DNA of 64,000 nucleotides from Anthoceros angustus. Lineage: Eukaryota > Plantae > Anthocerotophyta. The notes under the pieces were generated by a model, which did no database searches, was not told where the DNA came from, and was given only the letters and a program-made list of their open reading frames with translations. Shown here piece by piece: positions 10,499 to 25,414 of the stretch (positions are counted from its first letter, which is position 1; each line of letters starts with the position of its first letter). The translations under genes and the position numbers were made by a program. The DNA is taken from positions 868,001 through 932,000 of the forward strand of contig VJWM01000107.1 in assembly GCA_010909165.1 (NCBI GenBank), given 5' to 3'.

Positions 10499-11072
10499 TT
10501 CTTCTTCTTCTTCGAAATTTTGTGACATTTTTATGAAGATAGTGGTAGTGGAATGTCTTCTCATATTCTTGTAGGCGGTCCCAGATGTGAGTGCAGACGT
10601 GTATGGTGGCCGACAATTGGGGTGGCCAATCACCCAGACTCGCAGCAGTTGCTGGGCGGAGACGTGGCTCGGACGGGAGTACTCTTCGCGCATGGCATGG
10701 GAGATCAAGGGAGATAAGGCGCGTGCTGGGTCTATGAGATCGCTTGGCTTGGGCCAACTTCACTGTCACAGACTACAAGTGTTGAACGCAATTGGATATC
10801 TGCGGCCGCATGATATCCTAGTCCCAGTCCCAGATCGCAGAGGAACTGTCGTGTACGCAACTGCCCGGCCAGCCTGCGGGCGTTGGGGTCGCTGGATAGC
10901 ATTGACCTGTAATTCCCCTTTGGCAAGTGATCGCAAAGCTCCAGCTCCACCTCTAGCTCTGCATGCAATGTCCAGTGAAGTGCTCAGATTTATTGCCTTT
11001 GCCGGTCCAGATCTAGAGCAGCTCCATGGCCGCCAGGTCGCGCGCGCAGCAATACACACACGTGATCTCACC

Positions 11073-12664
11073 ATCCTCTGAGCAGCGGCAAGTGCCCTGG
11101 TAAGGTCCGCATTCTCTGCCTCAAGCTGTGCCTCTAGAGCTAGCCCGCATTCTCTGCCTCAAGCTGTGCCTCTAGAGCTAGCCCTTCCATCCTAGTTCTG
11201 CTGTGCTGCCGCCTTTCCAACTCCAGCGCCTGTGCCACTTCCATCATGCTCAGTTGGAGCTCGGCGGCCTCTTTGACCTGCTGCTCCACACCATCGGCAA
11301 GAGCACGCTCCAGAGCTTCCTTTCGCATTCCAGTTGTTGCACAAGATTTTCTCGCTCTGCTAGAGCAGCCCTGGCAGCTTCAACAGCCAGGATTCCAGCT
11401 CCTCTGTTTTCTAAGCTTCCTCCTCTCAGCCGCTTTCCTCCTCACCTCGTCTTCATACTCAGAATCCGAGCCGGACTCGGAGCCTGACTCAGAGCGTGAC
11501 TCAGAACCGCTTTCCGACCCGCTGCCAGACAACGACTCCACATCTACACGTTCTTCAGCCTCATATCCCTCCCGAGACACTCGGCAGATTAATTATGATC
11601 CCTGCCTCCTGCGCCTGCGCTTGCTCATTCACAGCAGTTGTCCTCCTACCACTAGTTTCTGGAACGGGCTCTGGCAGGGTAGGCTCCAGCTCAAGGTCCA
11701 CGAACCCGTTCAAATCCTCCGTCGTGGCAGCATTCTCGGCAGCATGCACGCCATATTGCTTCGAAACGGGAACCGTGGCTCGTCTCAAGGCATCATCCAG
11801 CAAATCCTCCACTCCACTAGGCCTTTCCAACCCCGGCGCCTCCTCCACCACCGGCTCCAATCTACCAATTCCATCATCCCGCACACCCGTGAAACCCCAT
11901 CCCTACCCTCGCCACCGGCCGAAGACGCAACATCATGACCTAATCCAAGCCTGTCTCTCCCATCCGCAGCAGCACTCCACGACACACTCCTCCGACACCT
12001 GAGGCAGCGTCCTCCGCAACCAGCACTCGCAACGCCTGCTCTTCACCAACATCGTCAATCCTCCAGGTCCAGCCTCCTCTTCACCGACTCATCCCGGAAA
12101 TTCTTCACCGAGGCAGCCGCATCACTTCCTGTCTCCTCTCCCTGCCGCCGTTCCCCGCCTGCCTCACCCTGGACGACTGCGCCGCAATCTGCTTCAAGCT
12201 GGACACCGGCACCGCCTTGGACGTCGGGGTCGGCCCTGACCTCCGAGCACCATCCTCCCGCTCCCGGGATCGCAGCTCCACACTACTGGCAAAAGGAGTG
12301 GTAGCCCCAGGACTGGAAGCAGGAGACGCCAGCAGCTGCGTCCAGTCCTGATCCGGCCGAGCAGCATGCTCCTGCCGGGTGCGCGGAGCAACAGGCCCGG
12401 CCTTCTTCAACCCGGACAACGTCCTCTGCTGCTGCTGCTGCTGCTGCTGCTGCGGTTGCTGCTGCCGTGCTTGCTCTCTTCCGGGATTGCCAATCCCCAG
12501 GACGGCCGACCGTAATCCTCCGAGTCTCTGTCGAATTGTTCCCGTAACGAAGCCGGATGAGGACCGGGCTTTTCCGGCTTCCGCAGCGACTCCGCCGCTT
12601 GCTGGTCGATCTGCTGCAGCAGCTGCTCGGCTACCTTGAGCTTGGACGAGAGCCAGGACGCCAT
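11073..12664 (-). pseudogene. GC2: GC2-like 5' fragment (unit 2)
   Basis: Same motifs; ATG at 12664; same 38-bp duplication. Confidence 0.88.
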
Positions 12665-12954
12665 GGCCACATCTGCCAGCGATGAGCCCGGCAAGGCCAC
12701 CCTCTTGGTTTGGGAGAGAGCGTGGAGGCCTAATGAGACAAGCCTCCTTCAGTTTTTCACGTCAAAACATGTATATACTGTAGGTAGTAGAGCTTTAGGC
12801 ACATCACAGACATTATGTAGCAAAGAGAATGGAAAAATCCCATTACCCCGAAACGAAGGGGAACTCCTCCAGGGACACCAGGCGGAGGGGGACTAGCTCG
12901 AGGGCCAATTTTAAAACTACTTAGTGCTCCGAGAGTGTTGTGGTTTGGGATATG

Positions 12955-13840
12955 AAAAGGCTTACCCTGCTTACCCTACTGAAGATGCCACGGGCGTTAC
13001 CTCTACAGCGCAATGGACACCCCAAGGTCTCGATTGGCCAACGCCCTTTACAGTTCCATTTCGACTCAGTAGACTCTGTCCGTTGATCAGGAAAACTGTG
13101 TGTCAAACGGTAACACACGACTGAGAAAATTGAGCCCAGCAATTGGGAGAGCCCTGGTTATGTTTCCACCCAAGCCTCTCGAAGGGAGGATACAACTCTG
13201 ATGGTTTAACTCAGCCCACGGTGAGTCAGGCTTGATTGTCTCTCCATACGCTTTCTGCGCATCTTTGAAGATCCCACACGTCACAAACATGTTTACCAAA
13301 GCATAGCCACAACCTTGTATGATGTTGACGTCCTCTTCCTCTGATCTGGGCAAGAAGCTGCCTCCCTTCTCCGGCGATGGTAAGCCTACACTTGCACAGT
13401 CCTGGAGAGGGTCAAGTGTCACAGCGTTAGGCAAAGCTGTGGCCCCTTGCATTCAACTGTAAGGATCCAGGGCGTCCTCACCCATACCTGGCTAAAAATA
13501 TCAGGCAATGATTGTGGTCCAAATCAAGACTTCCTCTGTTTGATATGTGCAGATAATGATGGCAGACAACGAGAATCCTTGGCCTCCACCACCAGGGTGA
13601 ACACCGCCATGGCTTCCTACTATCTGCCATGAGAAGCATACAACCTGCAGAGTGTGGTTGCACAAGAGTGTGTCCGACTGATGCCCGCTTCTCACCACGG
13701 GAGCATGGACACAGCGACCTTGAATCAGATCACTCGTCAAGGACAGTATAAAAGATTGGGAAATCCGACAGTCTGCCTTCAGCACCAGCACTCCCAGACC
13801 CTCAACAGCCTCCTGGGCTGCCCCTGCCTTCATCTTGCGG
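12955..13840 (-). pseudogene. Degenerate PLS-class PPR fragment (unit 3)
   Basis: ORF 13087..13452 shows MQGATALPNAVTL..QDCASVG and GYALVNMFVTCGIFKDAQKAY; ORF 13501..13833 shows GRCVHAPVVRSGHQSD. Confidence 0.7.
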
Positions 13841-13915
13841 TTTAAGAAGTCACGACCATTTCAGATCCTGCTGGCTTGACAAGACTAGCACTTACAAGGA
13901 AGCTCCACTTATCCA

Positions 13916-15066
13916 CCTGCACATCCATAGCCACAAGTGAACGGGAGCTCAGAGGAACTGGTTTAGGAGGAGTAGAATTTGTTCAAACAAATCCTATCGC
14001 TCCTAGACCGGCTGCTCCCAGCTTCCTCCCAGCTTCCTCCTCCTCAACCTTGCAGTCAAGCCGCCGGACCTGTTCATGGGACACCAAGTATCCATCTGCA
14101 CATCCATAGCACGCGAACGGGAGCTCAGACGAGCTGGTTCAGGAGGAGTAGAATTTGACCTACCAACTTATCGCTCCTAGACCGGCTGCTCACAGCTTCC
14201 TCTTCACAAACCTCACAGTCAAGGGACCAGACCTATTCGTGTAACACACGGTATCCTCGGCACATCCATAGCAGCAAGCGAACGGAAGCTCGGAGGAGCT
14301 GGTGTAGGAGGCGTAGAATTTGACCTAACAAATTCTGTCGCTCCTGACCAGTTGCTCCCAGCTTCCTCTTCACAAACCTGACCGTCAAGACGCCTGACCC
14401 AGTCGTGTAACACCCGGTATCCATCTGCACATCCGTGGCAGCAAGCGAACGGAAGCTCGGAGGAGCTGGTTTAGGAGGCGTAGAATTTGACCTAACAAAT
14501 TCTGTCGCGCCTAGACCAGTTGCTCCCAGCTTCCTTCACAAACCTAACCGTCCAGGCGCCCGATCCATTCTGTAACACCAAGTATCCATCTGCACATCCG
14601 TGGCAGCAAGCGAACGGAAGCTCGGAGAAGCTGGTTTAGGAGGCGTAGAATTTGACCTAACAAATTCTGTCGCGCCTAGACCAGTTGCTCCCAGCTTCTC
14701 TTCACAAACATAACCGTCCAGGCGCCCGATCCATTCGTGTAACACCAAGTATCCATCTGCACATCCGTGGCAGCAAGCGAACGGAAGCTCGGAGGAGCTG
14801 GTTTAGGAGGCGTAGAATTTGACCTAACAAAATCTGTCGCGCCTAGACCAGTTGCTCCCAGCTTCCTTCACAAACCTAACAGTCAAGCGTGAGGTAACAC
14901 CGGATCATCTGTACATCCTTAGCAGGAAGCGAACGGGAGCTGAGGAGCTGGTGTAGGAGGCGTAGAATTTGCCCTAACAAACTCATCGCTCCTAGACCGG
15001 CTCCCAGCTTCTCTTCGCGAACCCAACAGTCAAGCCGCTAAACCTGTTCGTGGAACACCAGGCATC
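13916..15066 (+). repeat. 168-bp hairpin sub-repeat array (unit 3)
   Basis: Same seven variants in the same order. Confidence 0.95.
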
Positions 15067-16897
15067 GCACCAATTTCTTGTTCCCAGAACCTGCTGGCTC
15101 TGACGCCATCCTCGTGAACAGCGTGAATGTACAGCGTGCCAGACAGCTATGATTCGCAGAGGCATGCGCGTCCTACCACCTTACCCCAAACCCTAAACCC
15201 GTCCTCGACTCACTTCAATAAAAACATAATAGACTATTTACATACTTTGTTTCAAAGTGGACGTGAACGGGTAGCAGGAAGCCCCGGTTTTGCGGAAGAT
15301 TTTGCTGTTTCGAATGCGAGCTGTAAGTGGATCTGGTGCGATCTGCTTAACTAAAGCATTTTCAATGAGGGCAGGAGGCGGGCCGCCGGAGGTTCGTCTA
15401 TACGGGTGCAGACAATCTTTGAGTCGGCAGTGCATGCGGGATTCTGGTGTTGGGATTCATGTTCATCACTGACAGATTCCCCGTGAAGTTTGTGTCAAAG
15501 TTCGCTAAAGTGGGTGTGAAAGGGAGTTTGAGGCCGATCGGTCTGCAGCTGTGCAAGCTGGAGGCGAAGGAGATCAAACCATTTCGGAACTTCAACGTGC
15601 AGAGAACTGGAGCAACTCCAACCTCTTTCTTTTCATATCTCCGAGAAGACTGCCTTGGCTACCAGGAGGTGGACCAAAGTTTATGCAAGAATTGTTGAGA
15701 AAAGCAACGATAGGTGACCGGCTAGGGACTTGCAGATTCAGCAAAGTTTATGCAAGAATTGTTGAGAAAAGCAACGATAGGTGAGCCATTAGGGACTTGA
15801 TTCATATATTAAGCATTTGTAGGCTGGAACTTGACCAGGTCATGGATGTCAATTGTTGGAATAGGAAGTGCCTCGTCTAATGTACTTAATATTGCTTTAT
15901 GAAGTGTATAGATCGCATGCATCTTATGCTTGCAAATAGAATCATGCGCGGAAAATTTTGGAAGCGCATATAGTTTTTTCCCCAATCTAGTGCCTAGCCC
16001 TTAATTGTGTGAAGCCAAGGTGTTTAAAATGAATTGAGTTCAGTTGTTGGGCACTAGTGCGAGCAATGGTTGCTCTCTTGTTTGTGCAATTTGAATATTG
16101 TTTCATTTGCCGGAGTGGAGGTTCCCCATACAAACAAGATGAACACATCTTCTTCTTTTTCTTCTCATCTCTTATCTATTTATAAAGCTAATGTTTGGTA
16201 ACCAAACTTTTCAATAATAGAAAATATTTATGTGAGAAACTCAATGAAAAGAAAATAAATATTCATTTACCTACAACTAGAAAATACTATGCATTCATAA
16301 CTTGCGAATATACCCATGAAACTTAGAATAGCTTTAAACCAACTAAGCTCTATTTAAGTAAAACGAAAAAAGTATTTGGAAGAAGTGGATTTCATCCTTG
16401 GCCTACTTTTCTCTAATAAGTTAGCGTTGATTTTGTTGTGTTTCTTCACTATTCCAACAAATGCATCATGCACTTGTATGCTCCGCACTTGAGGAAGGTA
16501 GAGAGAGTTCCAAGAGTACTTAGTACCTTTAGCAAAATATATTTTAGAGTGCCTCCAAAGAGATGTAAGACCCACATGCATAACTTGCCCACCACCTATG
16601 ATACTAGTTTGTGATTGTAAGAAACAAAGTATATCGCACCTTTTAGTATAACATTCCTTCTTATTGCATAAGTAAACCGGAAGACGGAAAATATGCTAGT
16701 ACACATCCCGCATGCTTTACAGAAATGGTGTGAGGTCTTTTTCACCTAGAACTTCTTTGCACTGTCCTCCGGATGCAAAGTATATCCAAGAGTTAGGTAG
16801 TCCTACGGTCTTTTTCACCTAGAACTTCTTTGCACTGTCCTCCGAATACAAAGTATATCCGGAAGAGTTAGGTAGTCCTACAACCATGCGATCTTAT

Positions 16898-16969
16898 GAA
16901 CAATGGGATTGCGACATTCTTCTTCTACATTTAGAATACATTTAGAAGAATGTCACAATCCCATTGTTC
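16898..16969. other. 26-bp-stem inverted repeat (unit 3)
   Basis: Same hairpin sequence. Confidence 0.9.
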
Positions 16970-17540
16970 TTCTTCTTCTTCGAAATTTTGTGACATTTTT
17001 ATGAAGATAGTGGTAGTGGAATGTCTTCTCATATTCTTGTAGGCGGTCCCAGATGTGAGTGCAGACGTGTATGGTGGCCGACAATTGGGGTGGCCAATCA
17101 CCCGGACTCGCAGCAGTTGCTGGGCGGAGACGTGGCTCGGACGGGAGTACTCTTCGCGCATGGCATGGGGAGATCAAGGAGATAAGGCGCGTGCTGGGTC
17201 TATGAGATCGCTTGGCTTGGGCCAACTTCACTGTCACAGACTACAAGTGTTGAACGCAATTGGATATCTGCGGCCGCATGATATCCTAGTCCCAGTCCCA
17301 GATCGCAGAGGAACTGTCGTGTACGCAACTGCCCGGCCAGCCTGCGGGCGTTGGGGTCGCTGGATAGCATTGACCTGTAATTCCCCTTTGGCAAGTGATC
17401 GCAAAGCTCCAGCTCCACCTCTAGCTCTGCATGCAATGTCCAGTGAAGTGCTCAGATTTATTGCCTTTGCCGGTCCAGATCTAGAGCAGCTCCATGGCCG
17501 CCAGGTCGCGCGCGCAGCAATACACACACGTGATCTCACC

Positions 17541-19131
17541 ATCCTCTGAGCAGCGGCAAGTGCCCTGGTAAGGTCCGCATTCTCTGCCTCAAGCTGTGCC
17601 TCTAGAGCTAGCCCGCATTCTCTGCCTCAAGCTGTGCCTCTAGAGCTAGCCCTTCCATCCTAGTTCTGCTGTGCTGCCGCCTTTCCAACTCCAGCGCCTG
17701 TGCCACTTCCATCATGCTCAGTTGGAGCTCGGCGGCCTCTTTGACCTGCTGCTCCACACCATCGGCAAGAGCACGCCCAGAGCTTCCTTTTCGCATTCCA
17801 GTTGTTGCACAAGATTTTCTCGCTCTGCTAGAGCAGCCCTGGCAGCTTCAACAGCCAGGGATTCCAGCTCCTCTGTTTTCTAAGCTTCCTCCTCTCAGCC
17901 GCTTTCCTCCTCACCTCGTCTTCATACTCAGAATCCGAGCCGGACTCAGCCTGACTCAGAGCGTGACTCAGAACCGCTTTCCGACCCGCTGCCAGACAAC
18001 GACTCCACATCTACACGTTCTTCAGCCTCATATCCTCCCTGAGACACTCGGCAGATTAATTATGATCCCTGCCTCCTGCGCCTGCGCTTGCTCATTCACA
18101 GCAGTTGTCCTCCTACCACTAGTTTCTGGAACGGGCTCTGGCAGGGTAGGCTCCAGCTCAAGGTCCACGAACCCGTTCAAATCCTCCGTCGTGGCAGCAT
18201 TCTCGGCAGCATGCACGCCATATTGCTTCGAAACAGGATCCGTGGCTCGTGTCAAGGCATCATCCAGCAAATCCTCCACTCCACTAGGCCTTTCCAACCC
18301 CGGCGCCTCCTCCACCACCGGCTCCAATCTACCAATTCCATCATCCCGCACACCCGTGAAACCCCATCCCTACCCTCGCCACCGGCCGAAGACGCAACAT
18401 CATGACCTAATCCAAGCCTGTCTCTCCCATCCGCAGCAGCACTCCACGACACACTCCTCCGACACCCGAGGCAGCGTCCTCCGCAACCAGCACTCGCAAC
18501 GCCTGCTCTTCACCAACATCGTCAATCCTCCAGGTCCAGCCTCCTCTTCACCGACTCATCCCGGAAATTCTTCACCGAGGCAGCCGCATCACTTCCCTGT
18601 CTCCTCTCCCTGCCGTTCCTGCCTGCCTCACCCTGGACGACTGCGCCGCAATCTGCTTCAAGCTGGACACCGGCACCGCCTTGGACGTCGGGGTCGGCCC
18701 TGACCTCCGAGCACCATCCCTCCCGCTCCCGGGATCGCAGCTCCCCACACTACTGGCAAAAGGAGTGGTAGCCCCGGGACTGGAAGCAGGAGACGCCAGC
18801 AGCTGCGTCCAGTCCTGATCCGGCCGAGCAGCATGCTCCTGCCGGGTGCGCGGAGCAACAGGCCCGGCCTTCTTCAACCCGGACAACGTCCTCTGCTGCT
18901 GCTGCTGCTGCTGCTGCTGCGGTTGCTGCTGCCGTGCTTGCTCTCTTCCGGGATTGCCAATCCCCAGGACGGCCGACCGTAATCCTCCGAGTCTCTGTCG
19001 AATTGTTCCCGTAACGAAGCCGGATGAGGACCGGGCTTTTCCGGCTTCCGCAGCGACTCCGCCGCTTGCTGGTCGATCTGCTGCAGCAGCTGCTCGGCTA
19101 CCTTGAGCTTGGACGAGAGCCAGGACGCCAT
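17541..19131 (-). pseudogene. GC2: GC2-like 5' fragment (unit 3)
   Basis: Same motifs; ATG at 19131. Confidence 0.88.
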
Positions 19132-19419
19132 GGCCACATCTGCCAGCGATGAGCCCGGCAAGGCCACCCTCTTGGTTTGGGAGAGAGCGTGGAGGCCTAA
19201 TGAGACAAGCCTCCTTCAGTTTTTCACTTCAAAACATGTATATACTGTAGGTAGTAGAGCTTTAGGCACATCACAGACATTATGTAGCAAAGAGAATGGA
19301 AAATCCCATTACCCTGAAACGAAGGGAACTCCTCCAGGGACACCAGGCGGAGGGGACTAGCCTCCGAGGCCAATTTTAAAACTACTTAGTGCTCCGAGAG
19401 TGTTGTGGTTTGGGATATG

Positions 19420-20300
19420 AAAAGGCTTACCCTGCTTACCCTACCGAAGATGCCACGGGCGTTACCTCTACAGCGCAATGGACACCCCAAGGTCTCGATT
19501 GGCCAACGCCCTTTACAGTTCCATTTCGACTCAGTAGACTCTGTCCGTTGATCGGGAAAACTGTGTGTGTCAAACGGTAACACACGACTGAGAAAATTGA
19601 GCCCAGCAATTGGGAGAGCCCTGGTTATGTTTCCACCCAACCCTCTCGAAGGGAGGATACAACTCTGATGGTTTAACTCAGCCCACGGTGAGTCAGGCTT
19701 GGATTGTCTCTCCCATACGCTTTCTGCGCATCTTTGAAGATCCCACACGTCACAAACATGTTTACCAAAGCATAGCCCACAACCTTGTATGATGTTGACG
19801 TCCTCTTCCTCTGATCTGGGCAAGAAGCTGCCTCCCTTCTCCGGCGATGGTAAGCCTACACTTGCACAGTCCTGGAGAGGGTCAGAAGTGTCACAGCGTT
19901 AGGCAAAGCTGTGGCCCTTGCATTCAACTGTAAGGATCCAGGGCGTCCTCACCCATACCTGGCTAAAAATATCAGGCAATGATTGTGGTCCAAATCAAGA
20001 CTTCCTCTGTTTGATATGTGCAGATAATGATGGCAGACAACGAGAATCCCTTGGCCTCCACCACCAGGGTGAACACCGCCATGGCTTCCTACTATCTGCC
20101 ATGAGAAGCATACAACCTGCAGAGTGTGGTTGCACAAGAGTGTGTCCGACTGATGCCCGCTTCTCACCACGGGAGCATGGACACAGCGACCTTGAATCAG
20201 ATCACTCGTCAAGGACAGTATAAAAGATTGGGAAATCCGACAGTCTGCCTTCAGCACCAGCACTCCCAGACCCTCAACAGCCTCCCTGGGCTGCCCCTGC
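19420..20300 (-). pseudogene. Degenerate PLS-class PPR fragment (unit 4)
   Basis: Copy of the same segment; boundaries approximate. Confidence 0.7.
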
Positions 20301-20388
20301 CTTCATCTTGCGGTTTAAGAAGTCACGACCATTTCAGATCCTGCTGGCTTGACAAGACTAGCACTTACAAGGAAGCTCCACTTATCCA

Positions 20389-21546
20389 CCTGCACATCCA
20401 TAGCCACAAGTGAACGGGAGCTCAGAGGAACTGGTTTAGGAGGAGTAGAATTTGTTCAAACAAAATCCTATCGCTCCTAGACCGGCTGCTCCCAACTTCC
20501 TCCCAGCTTCCTCCTCCTCAACCTTGCAGTCAAGCCGCCGGACCTGTTCATGGGACACCAAGTATCCATCTGCACATCCATAGTAGCACGCGAACGGGAG
20601 CTCAGACGAGCTGGTTCAGGAGGTAAATTTGACCTACCAACTTCTATCGCTCCTAGACCGGCTGCTCACAGCTTCCTCTTCACAAACCTCACAGTCAAGG
20701 GACCAGACCTATTCGTGTAACACACGGTATCCTCGGCACATCCATAGCAGCAAGCGAACGGAAGCTCGGAGGAGCTGGTGTAGGAGGCGTAAATTTGACC
20801 TAACAAATTCTGTCGCTCCTAGACCAGTTGCTCCCAGCTTCCTCTTCACAAACCTGACCGTCAAGACGCCCGACCCAGTCGTGTAACACCCGGTATCCAT
20901 CTGCACATCCGTGGCAGCAAGCGAACGGAAGCTCGGAGGAGCTGGTTTAGGAGGCGTAGAATTTGACCTAACAAATTCTGTCGCGCCTAGACCAGTTGCT
21001 CCCAGCTTCTTCACAAACCTAACCGTCCAGGCGCCCGATCCATTCTGTAACACCAAGTATCCATCTGCACATCCGTGGCAGCAAGCGAACGGAAGCTCGG
21101 AGAAGCTGGTTTAGGAGGCGTAGAATTTGACCTAACAAATTCTGTCGCGCCTAGACCAGTTGCTCCCAGCTTCCTCTTCACAAACATAACCGTCCAGGCG
21201 CCCGATCCATTCGTGTAACACCAAGTATCCATCTGCACATCCGTGGCAGCAAGCGAACGGAAGCTCGGAGGAGCTGGTTTAGGAGGCGTAGAATTTGACC
21301 TAACAAAATCTGTCGCGCCTAGACCAGTTGCTCCCAGCTTCCTTCACAAACCTAACAGTCAAGCGTGAGGTAACACCCCGGATCATCTGTACATCCTTAG
21401 CAGGAAGCGAACGGAGCTCCGAGGAGCTGGTGTAGGAGGCGTAGAATTTGCCCTAACAAACTCATCGCTCCTAGACCGGCTCCCAGCTTCCTCTTCGCGA
21501 ACCTAACAGTCAAGCCGCTAAACCTGTTCGTGGAACACCAGGCATC
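20389..21546 (+). repeat. 168-bp hairpin sub-repeat array (unit 4)
   Basis: Same seven variants in the same order. Confidence 0.95.
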
Positions 21547-23379
21547 GCACCAATTTCTTGTTCCCAGAACCTGCTGGCTCTGACGCCATCCTCGTGAACA
21601 GCGTGAATGTACAGCGTGCCAGACAGCTATGATTCGCAGAGGCATGCGCGTCCTACCACCTTTACCCCCAAACCCTAAACCCGTCCTCGACTCACTTCAA
21701 TAAAAACATAATAGACTATTTACATACTTTGTTTCAAAGTGGACGTGAACGGGTAGCGGGAAGCCCAGTTTTGCGGAAGATTTTGCTGTTTCGAATGCGA
21801 GCTGTAAGTGGATCTGGTGCGATCTGCTTAACTAAAGCATTTTTCAATGAGGGCAGGAGGCGGGCCGCCGGAGGTTCGTCTATACGGGTGCAGACAATCT
21901 TTGAGTCGGCAGTGCATGGGGATTCTGGTGTTGGGATTCATGTTCATCACTGACAGATTCCCCGTGAAGTTTGTGTCAAAGTTCGCTAAAGTGGGTGTGA
22001 AAGGGAGTTTGAGGCCGATCGGTCTGCAGCTGTGCAAGCTGGAGGCGAAGGAGATCAAACCATTTCGGAACTTCAACGTGCAGAGAACTGGAGCAACTCC
22101 AACCTCTTTCTTTTCATATCTCCGAGAAGACTGCCTTGGCTACCAGGAGGTGGACCAAAGTTTATGCAAGAATTGTTGAGAAAAGCAACGATAGGTGACC
22201 GGCGGCTAGGGACTTGCAGATTCAGCAAAGTTTATGCAAGAATTGTTGAGAAAAGCAACGATAGGTGACGGCGGCTAGGGACTTGCAGATTCATATATTA
22301 AGCATTTGTAGGCTGGAACTTGACCAGGTCATGGATGTCAATTGTTGGAATAGGAAGTGCCTCGTCTAATGTACTTAATATTGTTTTATGAAGTGTATAG
22401 ATCGCATGCATCTTATGCTTGCAAATAGAATCATCTTGTGGAAAATTTTGGAAGCATATAGTTTTTTCCCCAATCTAGTGCCCTAGCCCTTAATTGTGTG
22501 AAGCCATGGTAGCGAAAATGAATTGAGTTCAGGTTGTTGGGCACTAAAAGAGCAATGGTTGCTCTCTTGTTTGTGCAATTTGAATATTGTTTCATTTGCG
22601 GAGTGGAGGTTCCCCATACAAACAAGATGAACACATCTTCTTCTTTTTCTTCTCATCTCTTATCTATTTATAAAGCTAATGTTTGGTAACCAAACTTTTC
22701 AATAATAGAAAATATTTATGTGAGAAACTCAATGAAAAGAAAATAAATATTCATTTACCTACAACTAGAAAATACTATGCATTCATAACTTGCGAATATA
22801 CCCATGAAACTTAGAATAGCTTTAAACGAACTAAGCTCTATTTGTCGAAAAAAAAGTCGTCAGACGGCGTATGGATTTCATGCCTTGGCCTACTTTTCTC
22901 TAATAAGTTAGCGTTGATTTTGTTGTGTTTCTTCACTATTCCAACAAATGGAGTCATGCACTTGTATGTCCGACTTGAGGAAGGTAGAGAGTGAGCAATT
23001 CAAAGAATACTTAGTACCTTTAGCAAAATATATTTTAGAGTGCCTCTAAAGAGATGTAAGACCCACATGCATAACTTGCCCACCACCTATGATACTAGTT
23101 TGTGATTGTAAGAAACAAAGTATACGCACCTTTTAGTATAACATTCCTTCTTATTGCATAAGTAAACCAAGACGGAAAATATGCTAGTACACATCCCGCA
23201 TGTTTTACAGCAAAATGGTGTGAGGTCTTTTTCACCTAGAACTTCTTTGTACCTCCGGATGCAAAGTATATCCAAGAGTTAGGTAGTCCTACGGTCTTTT
23301 TCACCTAGAACTTCTTTGCACTCCTCCGAATACAAAGTATATCCAAGAGTTAGGTAGTCCTACAACCATGCGATCTTAT

Positions 23380-23451
23380 GAACAATGGGATTGCGACATT
23401 CTTCTTCTACATTTAGAATACATTTAGAAGAATGTCACAATCCCATTGTTC
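23380..23451. other. 26-bp-stem inverted repeat (unit 4)
   Basis: Same hairpin sequence. Confidence 0.9.
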
Positions 23452-24025
23452 TTCTTCTTCTTCTTCGAAATTTTGTGACATTTTTATGAAGATAGTGGTA
23501 GTGGAATGTCTTCTCATATTCTTGTAGGCGGTCCAGATGTGAGTGCAGACGTGTATGGTGGCCGACAATTGGGGTGGCCAATCACCCAGACTCGCAGCAG
23601 TTGCTGGGCGGAGACGTGGGCTCGGACGGAGTACTCTTCGCGCATGGCATGGGGAGATCAAGGGAGATAAGGCGCGTGCTGGGTCTATGAGATCGCTTGG
23701 CTTGGGCCAACTTCACTGTCACAGACTACAAGTGTTGAACGCAATTGGATATCTGCGGCCGCATGATATCCTAGTCCCAGTCCCAGATCGCAGAGGAACT
23801 GTCGTGTACGCAACTGCCCGGCCAGCCTGCGGGCGTTGGGGTCGCTGGATAGCATTGACCTGTAATTCCCCTTTGGCAAGTGATCGCAAAGCTCCAGCTC
23901 CACCTCTAGCTCTGCATGCAATGTCCAGTGAAGTGCTCAGATTTATTGCCTTTGCCGGTCCAGATCTAGAGCAGCTCCATGGCCGCCAGGTCGCGCGCGC
24001 AGCAACACACACACGTGATCTCACC

Positions 24026-25382
24026 ATCCCTCTGAGCAGCGGCAAGTGCCCTGGTAAGGTCCGCATTCTCTGCCTCAAGCTGTGCCTCTAGAGCTAGCCC
24101 GCATTCTCTGCCTCAAGCTGTGCCTCTAGAGCTAGCCCTTCCATCCTAGTTCTGCTGTGCTGCCGCCTTCCAACTCCAGCGCCTGTGCCACTTCCATCAT
24201 GCTCAGTTGGAGCTCGGCGGCCTCTTTGACCTGCTGCTCCACACCATCGGCAAGAGCACGCTCCAGAGCTTCCTTTTCGCATTCCAGTTGTTGCACAAGA
24301 TTTTCTCGCTCTGCTAGAGCAGCCCTGGCAGCTTCAACAGCCAGGGATTCCAGCTCCCTCTGTTTTCTAAGCTTCCTCCTCTCAGCCGCTTTCCTCCTCA
24401 CCTCGTCTTCATACTCAGAATCCGAGCCGGACTCGGAGCCTGACTCAGAGCGTGACTCAGAACCGCTTTCCGACCCGCTGCCAGACAACGACTCCACATC
24501 TACACGTTCTTCAGCCTCATATCCCTCCCGAGACACTCGGCAGATTAATTATGATCCCTGCCTCCTGCGCCTGCGCTTGCTCATTCACAGCAGTTGTCCT
24601 CCTACCACTAGTTTCTGGAACGGGCTCTGGCAGGGTAGGCTCCAGCTCAAGGTCCACGAACCCGTTCAAATCCTCCGTCGTGGCAGCATTCTCGGCAGCA
24701 TGCACGCCATATTGCTTCGAAACGGGAACCGTGGCTCGTCTCAAGGCATCATCCAGCAAATCCTCCACTCCACTAGGCCTTTCCAACCCCGGCGCCTCCT
24801 CCACCACCGGCTCCAATCTACCAATTCCATCATCCCGCACACCCTGTGAAACCCCATCCCTACCCTCGCCACCGGCCGAAGACGCAACATCATGACCTAA
24901 TCCAAGCCTGTCTCTCCCATCCGCAGCAGCACTCCACGACACACTCCTCCGACACCCGAGGCAGCGTCCTCCGCAACCAGCACTCGCAACGCCTGCTCTT
25001 CACCAACATCGTCAATCCCTCAGGTCCAGCCTCCTCTTCACCGACTCATCCCGGAAATTCTTCACCGAGGCAGCCGCATCACTTCCCTGTCTCCTCTCCC
25101 TGCCGCCGTTCCTGCCTGCCTCACCCTGGACGACTGCGCCGCAATCTGCTTCAAGCTGGACACCGGCACCGCCTTGGACGTCGGGGTCGGCCCCGACCTC
25201 CGAGCACCATCCCTCCCGCTCCCGGGATCGCAGCTCCACACTACTGGCAAAAGGAGTGGTAGCCCCGGACTGGAAGCAGGAGACGCCAGCAGCTGCGTCC
25301 AGTCCTGATCCGGCCGAGCAGCATGCTCCTGCCGGGTGCGCGGAGCAACAGGCCCGGCCTTCTTCAACCCCGGACAACGTCC

Positions 25383-25414
<32 letters not shown>
